From: Auanema rhodensis
Lineage: Eukaryota; Animalia; Nematoda
Reading direction: 5' to 3'
Assembly: GCA_964057225.1 (NCBI GenBank)
Contig: OZ059895.1
Span: forward strand, 10,230,001-10,294,000
Length of the DNA stretch: 64,000 nucleotides
Translations under genes and position numbers: made by a program
The notes under the pieces: generated by a model
What the model was told of the DNA's origin: nothing
What the model saw: the letters and a program-made list of their open reading frames with translations, nothing else
The model's database searches: none
In this document: positions 10,403-21,500 of the stretch, in pieces
Layout of the letters: each line of letters begins with the position of its first letter
How positions within the stretch are numbered: the stretch's first letter is position 1

Positions 10403-12024
10403 GTACGTATCTAAAGGAAGATCGGAACAACCCAGTTGGAGGAAACCGGAACCCCCGATACAAGTTAGAAGCTGTTTCACGTGTGGCGAAGTAGGCCACC
10501 CCAAGTTTACGTGCAAATCGAAGGAACCCCGTAATGTAAGTCTCATTGACATGGAAATGGTCGTTGTAGAAAATAAGATAGACCAAGAGAACTATTACAA
10601 GTAAACGGGATCGATGGCGTAGATTTGTTGAATAGTGGCGCCGCAGTCACATTAGTTCCCCTCTCAATAGTAGAGGATTGTAAGTCATGGATTGTACCAT
10701 GCACAGAAGCTCCCACCGGCGTACGAGGGACAAAGATCGATATCTTAGGTAAATTAATCTGTAACATATATCATCCTTACACAGGCAGATCAGCTAGAAT
10801 CGCATGCTATGTATGAAAGACGTGCTGCAGAGAAATTATCTTGGGATTTAATGCATTTGAGGCTTTAGGTCTGCATATCGTAAGCATCCCAAAAGAGGAT
10901 AGGCATCAAGAGATCTCTGACGTGGTAAACTCGATCTCCATGAGCACCGATCATAAAGAAAATTTAAAAGGAGTGAGTACGAATGAGGTGCCGGCTGAAC
11001 TAACAGGAAAACTAACGAGTTTGTTAAAAAGTCACGCTCCAGTTTTTGCTTCAAATCCTGGATTTTTGGGAAAAATCAAAGTTAAGCCCGCACAGATAGA
11101 TACAGGCACAAGCTCTTCATTTGCTCTTAAAGTTCAACAAGTTCCGATGAGTCTACGCCAAGAGTTAACTACGTTATTAGATTTAGAGAGAAGGAAAATA
11201 TTACGGAGCGATCCACCTCTCCTTGGACTTCTCCAATCGTACTGGTCAGAAAAAAAGATAAGAATCTACGCCTATGCGTAGATTACAGGGAGCTAAATAA
11301 AATAATCGTACCAGACCGGTACCCCCTACCAAATATTGAAGTCACTTTACAGTGCCTTGAGAACTACAGGTATTTTTCATCGGTTGATTGCTTTCAAGGG
11401 TTTTGGCAAATCCCTTTAGCAAGTTCCGCAAAGCCTAAAACGGCTTTTATAACACATAAAGGGCTGTATCATTTCAACAGGTTGTCATTTGGATTGGCAA
11501 ACAGTCCTGCCATCTTCCAGAGGGGCAGAACTGAAAGGATCCAAGATACATCCATACCTGGATGACGTCATAATAGCTACCGTCACGGCTGAGCGACATA
11601 TCCAAGTACTGGATATCCTATTCACTGTTTTTGAGAAATTTGGTGTACAGCTAAAGCCCTCCAAATGTGAATTCTTCAAGAAAAACTTAACAGTTTTAGG
11701 CCACGTTTTATCAGCGGAAGATATACGGACAGATCCAGAAAAGGTAAGAGCTATTGAGGAGTACCCGGTCCCAAAAACAGTCACCGTATTGTCCTTTTTG
11801 GGATCTCTTTCCTACTATAGGAAGTTCATTGAAAGTTTTGCAGCAAAAGCGAAACCCCTTTACAATCTCTGTATACAAGGGGAAAAGTGGGTGTGGACTT
11901 CCATGCAGGAAGAAGCTTTTCAGACATTGAAAAAGAAACTCATTGAAGCACCATTTCTTATTCAGCCTAACATAGAAGAAGCGAGATGCGGAAATAAACC
12001 ATTCATGGTATATACGGATGCTAG

Positions 12025-12048
12025 TATTAATATTAATTAATATTAATA
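12025..12048. repeat. 24-bp perfect AT palindrome within a ~29-nt frameshifting insertion in RNase H
   Basis: TATTAATATTAATTAATATTAATA equals its own reverse complement. It sits between DAS and GVGGVL, where only two codons are expected. Confidence 0.9.
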
Positions 12049-12072
12049 ACTAATATATTAGGAGTAGGAGGA

Positions 12073-13335
12073 GTGCTCACACAAGAAGGAAAAGATGGCA
12101 AGTTTCATCCAATAGCTTTTTGTTTACGTACATTAACACCGTTAGAAAAGAAGTATTGCATTACGGATCTAGAGGCTTTGGCCATTGTCTTTTCAGTTGA
12201 AAGATTTCACTGTTTTTTATACGGAGTAAAAGTCTTGGTGAGAACAGATCATCAACCACTGCTATCTTTGTTGCGGGGCAATGGGACATCCAATAGAGTT
12301 ACAAGATGGGCGATGAGGTTACGATCTTACGACATCAGGATTGAATACATCCGAGGTCCAGCTAATAGAGTAGCGGATGGTCTAAGTAGAGGACCAATTG
12401 TATTGAAGAATGAGATAAAGGGTGAGTTCGACCTTTCAGAGGAGTTCATAGTAGGATCAATCACTACAACCAAAGAAAAATGGTATCACACTCATGAGGA
12501 GTGGAAACAACTCGTGAACGTATTAGGTCAGGATATGGAGATTAAAATAGAAAAGAAAACAGTTAATGCCAACGATTTCACCATAGAGGATGAAAAACTA
12601 TGTTTTATCAATGAGGATGGTAAAGTTTTGGAAGTGGTGGCGCCAGAAGAGAGAGACTCTCTTCTTAAGAAGTCCCATGCAGGTACCTGGGCAGGTCATT
12701 TTGGAGAAAAAAAGATGTTTTTGCAACTAAAGTCACACAATTTTTGGCCTTATATGCGAAAAGATATTAAGAAGTATTCAAAGACATGTACTAACTGTTT
12801 TTTGGAAAACTACTCTAAAAGTAACATACCCCCCTTAAGTCCAATTTTGACAAGCAAACCAGGAGAAATAATAGGTATGGACTTGGTCGAATTAGGTGTT
12901 ACAAGAAAAGGGAACAGGTACGGGTTGGTCATAGTAGACTATTTTTCAAAATGGGCAGAGATCTACCCAATAGAGAAAAAAACAGCTGAGAAAGTAGTGA
13001 GTAAATTCGCAGAAAAATGGGTGGAGTATGGTTGTCGCGTCCCAAAAAGGATAATATCAGACCAAGGGTTGGGGTTTGATAACGTCCTATTTAGAAAGTT
13101 AAGCGAGTTGTTTCAAATAGAATGGACCCCAACTCACGCTTATAACCCCAGGGAAAACGGTCTTGCGGAAAGGACACACAAGACGATTATATCCTCTTTG
13201 AGAAAAAAGGAATGTTTTCAGTTGGAATGGGACGTTGTTCTTCCCTTCGTTTTATTTGCTTATAATACCTCAGTGCATGCAAGCACCGGGTACAGTCCTT
13301 TCTGTGCTTTGTATGGCCATGAGCCAGGAAATTAA
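12073..13335 (+). CDS. Open segment of pol: RNase H C-terminal part, integrase HHCC zinc finger and DDE core
   Basis: SHAGTWAGHFG...CTNC; GMDL, ISDQG and NGLAER. This is a remnant frame, not an independent gene. Confidence 0.85.
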   Translation: MLTQEGKDGKFHPIAFCLRTLTPLEKKYCITDLEALAIVFSVERFHCFLYGVKVLVRTDHQPLLSLLRGNGTSNRVTRWAMRLRSYDIRIEYIRGPANRVADGLSRGPIVLKNEIKGEFDLSEEFIVGSITTTKEKWYHTHEEWKQLVNVLGQDMEIKIEKKTVNANDFTIEDEKLCFINEDGKVLEVVAPEERDSLLKKSHAGTWAGHFGEKKMFLQLKSHNFWPYMRKDIKKYSKTCTNCFLENYSKSNIPPLSPILTSKPGEIIGMDLVELGVTRKGNRYGLVIVDYFSKWAEIYPIEKKTAEKVVSKFAEKWVEYGCRVPKRIISDQGLGFDNVLFRKLSELFQIEWTPTHAYNPRENGLAERTHKTIISSLRKKECFQLEWDVVLPFVLFAYNTSVHASTGYSPFCALYGHEPGN

Positions 13336-13584
13336 TCAGGCAAAGATATAGTAAAAATCGAGCCCCAATTAGTAAACTATAACGATTACATGATAGGGCT
13401 AGGACAGGTGTTGGAAAATGTAAGAGAAGACATTATAAAGGAAAATGGGGATACGTCTAGAAAAAGTAAAAAGAACTATGACAGGAGAAATAAAGTGAAC
13501 TCATCAGAAAAATTGGAAAAAGGAGATCCAGTTTTTTTGAAAATCCTGACGGAAGGTAAGAAAGATAAATTTAAATGTCCATAT

Positions 13585-15578
13585 ACTATGGATATATGCT
13601 TACAAAACCTAATTTATATCATCTAACAGTTTATTCTGAGTTGAGTGAGATGTTGCCCATAATGTTAAGACTGAAAATAAAAGTAATGCATTATTTAGTT
13701 TTTCTTAAAAATCGAACAAAATAGCAACTTGAGCCCGCCGGAAAATATGATTAATATATTTCTGTGCTAACAAAATTTGTTTTACTTTTTTAATCAACTA
13801 ATTCTCAGTGTAATGAGATGTAGCACGTACTTCTATGGACAGAAAATAAAAATTTTAGAATATTTAATTTTTCATAAAAATCAAACGAAATAGCAAGTTG
13901 AGCCCGCCGGAAAATATGATTAATATGGTTCTGTGCTAACAAAATTTGTTTTGCCTTTTCAATCAACTAATTCTTAGTTTAATGAGATGTAGCACGTTTT
14001 TCTAGGACAAGAAATAAAAAATTTAGAATATTTAATTTTTCATAAAAATCAAACGAAATAGCAAGTTGAACCCGCCGCAAAACATGATTACTATGGATAT
14101 ATGCTCACAAAACCTAATTTATATTATCAAACAGTTGATTTTGAGTTGAGTAAGATGTTGCACGTATTTCTAGGGCTAAAAATAAACATTTTAAAATTTT
14201 TATTTTTTCATGAAAATCGAACAAAATAGCAACTTGAGCCCGCCTTAAAATATGATTAATATGTTTCTGGGCTAACAAAATCGGTTTTACTTTTTCAATT
14301 ATTTAATTTTCAAATTTTCTTAGATAATAAGATGTTGCACGTATTTCTGAGGCTAAAAATAAACATTTTAAAATTTTTATTTTTTCATGAAAATCGAACA
14401 AAATAGCAACTTGAGCCCGCCGGAAAATATGATTAATATGGTTCTGTGCTAACAAAATTTGTTTTGCCTTTTCAATCAACTAATTCTTAGTTTAATGAGA
14501 TGTAGCACGTTTTTCTAGGACAAGAAATAAAAAATTTAGAATATTTAATTTTTCATAAAAATCAAACGAAATAGCAAGTTGAACCCGCCGCAAAACATGA
14601 TTACTATGGATATATGCTCACAAAACCTAATTATTGTTATCAAACAGTTGATTTTGAGTTGAGTAAGATGTTGCACGTATTTCTAGGGCTAAAAATAAAC
14701 ATTTTAAAATTTTCAATTTTACATAAAAATCGAACAAAATAGCAACTTGAGCCCGCCGTAAAATATGATTAATATGTTTCTGTGCTAACAAAATCTGTTT
14801 CATTTTTTCAATCATTTAATTTTCAAATTTTCTTAGATAATATGATGTTGCACGTATTTCTAGGGCTAAAAATAAACATTTTAAAATTTTTATTTTTTCA
14901 TGAAAATCGAACAAAATAGCAACTTGAGCCCGCCGGAAAATATGATTAATATGGTTCTGTGCTAACAAAATTTGTTTTGCCTTTTCAATCAACTAATTCT
15001 TAGTTTAATGAGAAGTAGCACGTTTTTCTAGGACAAGAAATAAAAAATTTAGAATATTTAATTTTTCATAAAAATCAAACGAAATAGCAAGTTGAACCCG
15101 CCGCAAAACATGATTACTATGGATATATGCTCACAAAACCTAATTTATATTATCAAACAGTTGATTTTGAGTTGAGTAAGATGTTGCACGTATTTCTAGG
15201 GCTAAAAATAAACATTTTAAAATTTTTATTTTTTCATGAAAATCGAACAAAATAGCAACTTGAGCCCGCCTTAAAATATGATTAATATGTTTCTGGGCTA
15301 ACAAAATCGGTTTTACTTTTTCAATTATTTAATTTTCAAATTTTCTTAGATAATAAGATGTTGCACGTATTTCTGAGGCTAAAAATAAACATTTTAAAAT
15401 TTTTATTTTTTCATGAAAATCGAACAAAATAGCAACTTTAGCCCGCCGGAAAATATGATTAATATGGTTCTGTGTTAACAAATTTGTTTTGCCTTTTCAA
15501 TCAACTAATTCTTAGTTTAATGAGATGTAGCACGTATTTCTAGGACAAGAAATAAAATTTTTAGAATATTTAATTTTT
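13585..15578 (-). repeat. Inverted block of the same satellite (~2.0 kb, ~12 monomers)
   Basis: Reverse-complement motifs (GCACGTATTTCTAG, CCCGCC) run from ACTATGGATATATGC at 13585 to ...TAATTTTT at 15578, where + orientation resumes. Confidence 0.96.
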
Positions 15579-18500
15579 AATAATATAAATTAGGTTTTGT
15601 GAGCATATATCCATAGTAATCATGTTTTGCGGCGGGTTCAACTTGCTATTTCGTTTGATTTTTATGAAAAATTAAATATTCTAAGACTTTTATTTCTTGT
15701 CCTAGAAATACGTGCTACATCTCATTAAACTAAGAATTAGTTGATTGCGAAGGCAAAACAAATTTTGTTAGCACAGAACCATATTAATCATATTTTCCGG
15801 CGGGCTCAAGTTGCTATTTTGTTCGATTTTCATGAAAAAATAAAAATTTTAAAATGTTTATTTTTAGCCCTAGAAATACGTGCAACATCTTATTATCTAA
15901 GAAAATTTGAAAGATAAATAATTGAAAAAGTAAAACAGATTTTGTTAGCACAGAAACATATTAATCATATTTTAAGGCGGGCTCAAGTTGCTATTTTGTT
16001 CGATTTTCATGAAAAAATAGAAATTTTAAAATGTTTATTTTTAGCCCTAGAAATACGTGCAACATCTTACTCAACTCAAAATCAACTGTTTGATAATATA
16101 AATTAGGTTTGGTGAGCATATATCCATAGCAATCATGTTTTGCGGCGAGTTCAACTTGCTATTTCGTTTGATTTTTATGAAAAATTAAATATTCTAAAAA
16201 TTTTATTTCTTGTCCTAGAAATACGTGCTACATCTCATTAAACTAAGAATTAGTTGATTGAGAAGGCAAAACAAATTTTGTTAGCACAGAACCATATTAA
16301 TCATATTTTCCGGCGGGCTCAAGTTGCTATTTTGCTCGATTTTCATGAAAAAATAAAAATTTTAAAATGTTTATTTTTAGCTCTAGAAATACGTGCAACA
16401 TCTTACTCAACTCAAAATCAACTGTTTGATAATATAAATTAGATTTTGTGAGCATATATCCATAGTAATCATGTTTTGCGGCGGGTTCAACTTGCTATTT
16501 CGTTTGATTTTTATGAAAAATTAAATATTCTAAAAATTTAATTTCTTGTCCTAGAAATACGTGCTACATCTCTTTAAACTAAGAATTAGTTGATTGAGAA
16601 GGCAAAACAAATTTTGTTAGCACAGAACCATATTAATCATATTTTCCGGCGGGCTTAAGTTGCTATTTTGTTCGATTTTCATGAAAAAATAAAAGTTTTA
16701 AAATGTTTATTTTTAGCCCTAGAAATACGTGCAACATCTTATTATCTAAGAAAACTTGAAAATTAAATGATTGAAAAAGTAAAACAGATTTTGTTAGCAC
16801 AGAAACATATTAATCATATTTTAAGGCGGGCTCAAGTTGCTATTTTGTTCGATTTTCATGAAAAAATAAAAATTTTAAAATGTTTATTTTTAGCTCTAGA
16901 AATACGTGCAACATCTTACTCAACTCAAAATCAACTGTTTGATAATATAAATTAGATTTTGTGAGCATATATCCATAGTAATCATGTTTTGCGGCGGGTT
17001 CAACTTGCTATTTCGTTTGATTTTTATGAAAAATTAAATATTCTAAAAATTTTATTTCTTGTCCTAGAAATACGTGCTACATCTCATTAAACTAAGAATT
17101 AGTTGATTGAGAAGGCAAAACAAATTTTGTTAGCACAGAACCATATTAATCATATTTTCCGGCGGGCTCAAGTTGCTATTTTGCTCGATTTTCATGAAAA
17201 AATAAAAATTTTAAAATGTTTATTTTTAGCTCTAGAAATACGTGCAACATCTTACTCAACTCAAAATCAACTGTTTGATAATATAAATTAGATTTTGTGA
17301 GCATATATCCATAGTAATCATGTTTTGCGGCGGGTTCAACTTGCTATTTCGTTTGATTTTTATGAAAAATTAAATATTCTAAAAATTTAATTTCTTGTCC
17401 TAGAAATACGTGCTACATCTCTTTAAACTAAGAATTAGTTGATTGAGAAGGCAAAACAAATTTTGTTAGCACAGAACCATATTAATCATATTTTCCGGCG
17501 GGCTTAAGTTGCTATTTTGTTCGATTTTCATGAAAAAATAAAAGTTTTAAAATGTTTATTTTTAGCCCTAGAAATACGTGCAACATCTTATTATCTAAGA
17601 AAACTTGAAAATTAAATGATTGAAAAAGTAAAACAGATTTTGTTAGCACAGAAACATATTAATCATATTTTAAGGCGGGCTCAAGTTGCTATTTTGTTCG
17701 ATTATCATGAAAAAATAAAAATTTTAAAATGTTTATTTTTAGCCCTAGAAATACGTGCAACATCTTACTCAACTCAAAATCAACTGTTTGATAACAATAA
17801 TTAGGTTTTGTGAGCATATATCCATAGTAATCATGTTTTGCGGCGGGTTCAACTTGCTATTTCGTTTGATTTTTATGAAAAATTAAATATTCTAAAAATT
17901 TTATTTCTTGTCCTAGAAATACGTGCTACATCTCATTAAACTAAGAATTAGTTGATTGAAAAGGCAAAACAAATTTTGTTAGCACAGAACCATATTAATC
18001 ATATTTTCCGGCGGGCTCAAGTTGCTATTTTGTTCGATTTTCATGAAAAAATAAAAATTTTAAAATGTTTATTTTTAGCCCTAGAAATACGTGCAACATC
18101 TTACTCAACTCAAAATTAACTGTTTGATAATATTAATTAGGTTTTGTGAGCATATATCCATAGTAATCATGTTTTGCGGCGGGTTCAACTTGCTATTTCG
18201 TTTGATTTTTATGAAAAATTAAATATTCTAAGACTTTTATTTCTTGTCCTAGAAATACGTGCTACATCTCATTAAACTAAGAATTAGTTGATTGAAGAGG
18301 CAAAACAAATTTTGTTAGCACAGAACCATATTAATCATATTTTCCGGCGGGCTCAAGTTGCAATTTTGTTCGATTTTCATGAAAAAATAAAAATTTTAAA
18401 ATGTTTATTTTTAGCCCTAGAAATACGTGCAACATCTTATTATCTAAGAAAATTTGAAAATTAAATAATTGAAAAAGTAAAACAGATTTTGTTAGCACAG

Positions 18501-21500
18501 AAACATATTAATCATATTTTAAGGCGGGCTCAAGTTGCTATTTTGTTCGATTTTCATGAAAAAATAAAAATTTTAAAATGTTTATTTTTAGCCTTAGAAA
18601 TACGTGCAACATCTTACTCAACTCAAAATCAACTGTTTGATAATATAAATTAGGTTTTGTGAGCATATATCCATAGTAATCATGTTTTGCGGCGGGTTCA
18701 ACTTGCTATTTCGTTTGATTTTTATGAAAAATTAAATATTCTTAATTTTTTATTTCTTGTCCTAGAAATACGTGCTACATCTCATTAAACTAAGAATTAG
18801 TTGATTGAAAAGGCAAAACAAATTTGTTAACACAGAACCATATTAATCATATTTTCCGGCGGGCTAAAGTTGCTATTTTGTTCGATTTTCATGAAAAAAT
18901 AAAAATTTTAAAATGTTTATTTTTAGCCTCAGAAATACGTGCAACATCTTATTATCTAAGAAAATTTGAAAATTAAATAATTGAAAAAGTAAAACCGATT
19001 TTGTTAGCCCAGAAACATATTAATCATATTTTAAGGCGGGCTCAAGTTGCTATTTTGTTCGATTTTCATGAAAAAATAAAAATTTTAAAATGTTTATTTT
19101 TAGCCCTAGAAATACGTGCAACATCTTACTCAACTCAAAATCAACTGTTTGATAATATAAATTAGGTTTTGTGAGCATATATCCATAGTAATCATGTTTT
19201 GCGGCGGGTTCAACTTGCTATTTCGTTTGATTTTTATGAAAAATTAAATATTCTAAAAATTTTATTTCTTGTCCTAGAAAAACGTGCTACATCTCATTAA
19301 ACTAAGAATTAGTTGATTAAAAAGGCAAAACAAATTTTGTTAGCACAGAACCATATTAATCATATTTTCCGGCGGGCTCAAGTTGCTAATTTGTTCGATT
19401 TTCATGAAAAAATAAAAGTTTTAAAATGTTTATTTTTAGCCCTAGAAATACGTGCAACATCTTATTATCTAAGAAAATTTGAAAATTAAATAATTGAAAA
19501 AGTAAAACAGATTTTGTTAGCCCAGAAACATATTAATCATATTTTAAGGCGGGCTCAAGTTGCTATTTTGTTCGATTTTCATGAAAAAATAAAAATTTTA
19601 AAATGTTTATTTTTAGCCCTAGAAATACGTGCAACATCTTACTCAACCCAAAATCAACTGTTTGATAATATAAATTAGGTTTTGTGAGCATATATCCATA
19701 GCAATCATGTTTTGCGGCGGGTTCAACTTGCTATTTCGTTTGATTTTTATGAAAAATTAAATATTCTAAAAATTTTATTTCTTGTCCTAGAAATACGTGC
19801 TACATCTCATTAAACTGAGAATTAGTTGATTGAAAAGGCAAAACAAATTTGTTAACACAGAACCATATTAATCATATTTTCCGGCGGGCTAAAGTTGCTA
19901 TTTTGTTCGATTTTCATGAAAAAATAAAAATTTTAAAATGTTTATTTTTAGCCTCAGAAATACGTGCAACATCTTATTATCTAAGAAAATTTGAAAATTA
20001 AATAATTGAAAAAGTAAAACCGATTTTGTTAGCCCAGAAACATATTAATCATATTTTAAGGCGGGCTCAAGTTGCTATTTTGTTCGATTTTCATGAAAAA
20101 ATAAAAATTTTAAAATGTTTATTTTTAGCCCTAGAAATACGTGCAACATCTTACTCAACTCAAAATCAACTGTTTGATAATATAAATTAGGTTTTGTGAG
20201 CATATATCCATAGTAATCATGTTTTGCGGCGGGTTCAACTTGCTATTTCGTTTGATTTTTATGAAAAATTAAATATTCTAAAAATTTTATTTCTTGTCCT
20301 AGAAAAACGTGCTACATCTCATTAAACTAAGAATTAGTTGATTAAAAAGGCAAAACAAATTTTGTTAGCACAGAACCATATTAATCATATTTTCCGGCGG
20401 GCTCAAGTTGCTAATTTGTTCGATTTTCATGAAAAAATAAAAGTTTTAAAATGTTTATTTTTAGCCCTAGAAATACGTGCAACATCTTATTATCTAAGAA
20501 AATTTGAAAATTAAATAATTGAAAAAGTAAAACAGATTTTGTTAGCCCAGAAACATATTAATCATATTTTAAGGCGGGCTCAAGTTGCTATTTTGTTCGA
20601 TTTTCATGAAAAAATAAAAATTTTAAAATGTTTATTTTTAGCCCTAGAAATACGTGCAACATCTTACTCAACCCAAAATCAACTGTTTGATAATATAAAT
20701 TAGGTTTTGTGAGCATATATCCATAGCAATCATGTTTTGCGGCGGGTTCAACTTGCTATTTCGTTTGATTTTTATGAAAAATTAAATATTCTAAAAATTT
20801 TATTTCTTGTCCTAGAAATACGTGCTACATCTCATTAAACTGAGAATTAGTTGATTGAGAAGGCAAAACAAATTTTGTTAGCACAGAACCATATTAATCA
20901 TATTTTCCGGCGGGCTTAAGTTGCTATTTTGTTCAATTTTCATGAAAAAATAAAAATTTTTAAATGTTTATTTTTCGCCCTAGAAATACGTGCAACATCT
21001 TACTCAACTCAAAATCAACTGTTTGATAATATAAATTAGATTTTGTGAGCATATATCCATAGTGATCATGTTTTGCGGCGGGTTCAACTTGCTATTTCGT
21101 TTGATTTTTATGAAAAATTAAATATTCTAAAAATTTTATTTCTTGTCCTAGAAATACGTGCTACATCTCTTTAAACTAAGAATTAGTTGATTGAGAAGGC
21201 AAAACAAATTTTGTTAGCACAGAACCATATTAATCATATTTTCCGGCGGGCTTAAGTTGCTATTTTGTTCGATTTTCATGAAAAAATAAAAATTTTAAAA
21301 TGTTTATTTTTAGCCTCAGAAATACGTGCAACATCTTATTATCTAAGAAAATTTGAAAATTAAATGATTGAAAAAGTAAAACAGATTTTGTTAGCACAGA
21401 AACATATTAATCATATTTTAAGGCGGGCTCAAGTTGCTATTTTGTTCGATTTTCATGAAAAAATAAAAATTTTAAAATGTTTATTTTTAGCCCTAGAAAT

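Larger units (their letters stand above)
8835..10604 (+). pseudogene. gag: gag C-terminal part (second capsid-like segment plus CCHC zinc knuckle), two in-frame stops, split by the hAT insertion
   Basis: Frame from 8835 reads IKLFKYKFAGF...DTFRSISDTKTFEERIETLKQLLQH*...FSAA*...KKIRYV, then after the hAT element SKGRSEQ...CFTCGEVGHPKFTC (CX2CX4HX4C). It is uninterrupted by hAT in copy 2. Confidence 0.8.
7280..13584 (+). mobile_element. Ty3/Gypsy LTR retrotransposon copy 1, decayed, 3'-truncated (no PPT, 3' LTR or right TSD), with a nested hAT element
   Basis: Order is LTR, PBS, gag, CCHC knuckle, protease, RT (YLDD), RNase H, integrase. Integrase after RT/RNase H is the Gypsy order. Multiple stops and frameshifts are present. 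Confidence 0.96.
10580..13584 (+). pseudogene. pol: pol pseudogene: protease, RT, RNase H, integrase
   Basis: Protease LLNSGA (catalytic D>N) at ~10625, with an in-frame TGA at 10814. RT motifs SPWTSPIVLV, LRLCVDYRELN, GFWQIPL, FGLANSPAIFQR and YLDD (11555-11566). RNase H YTDAS and TDHQPL. Frameshifts at ~11195, ~11525 and ~12030; in-frame TAA at 13333. Confidence 0.95.

Noticed and set aside
10560-10625. Programmed -1 gag/pol frameshift
   Set aside because: There is no canonical slippery heptamer in the short overlap, and the element has many other decay frameshifts, so a mutation is the simpler explanation.
7462-11784. Short minus-strand or alternate-frame ORFs within the retroelement (other than the PolB-like part of 8672-8953)
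   Set aside because: These are shadow frames of LTR, gag, pol or hAT termini with no recognisable motifs.
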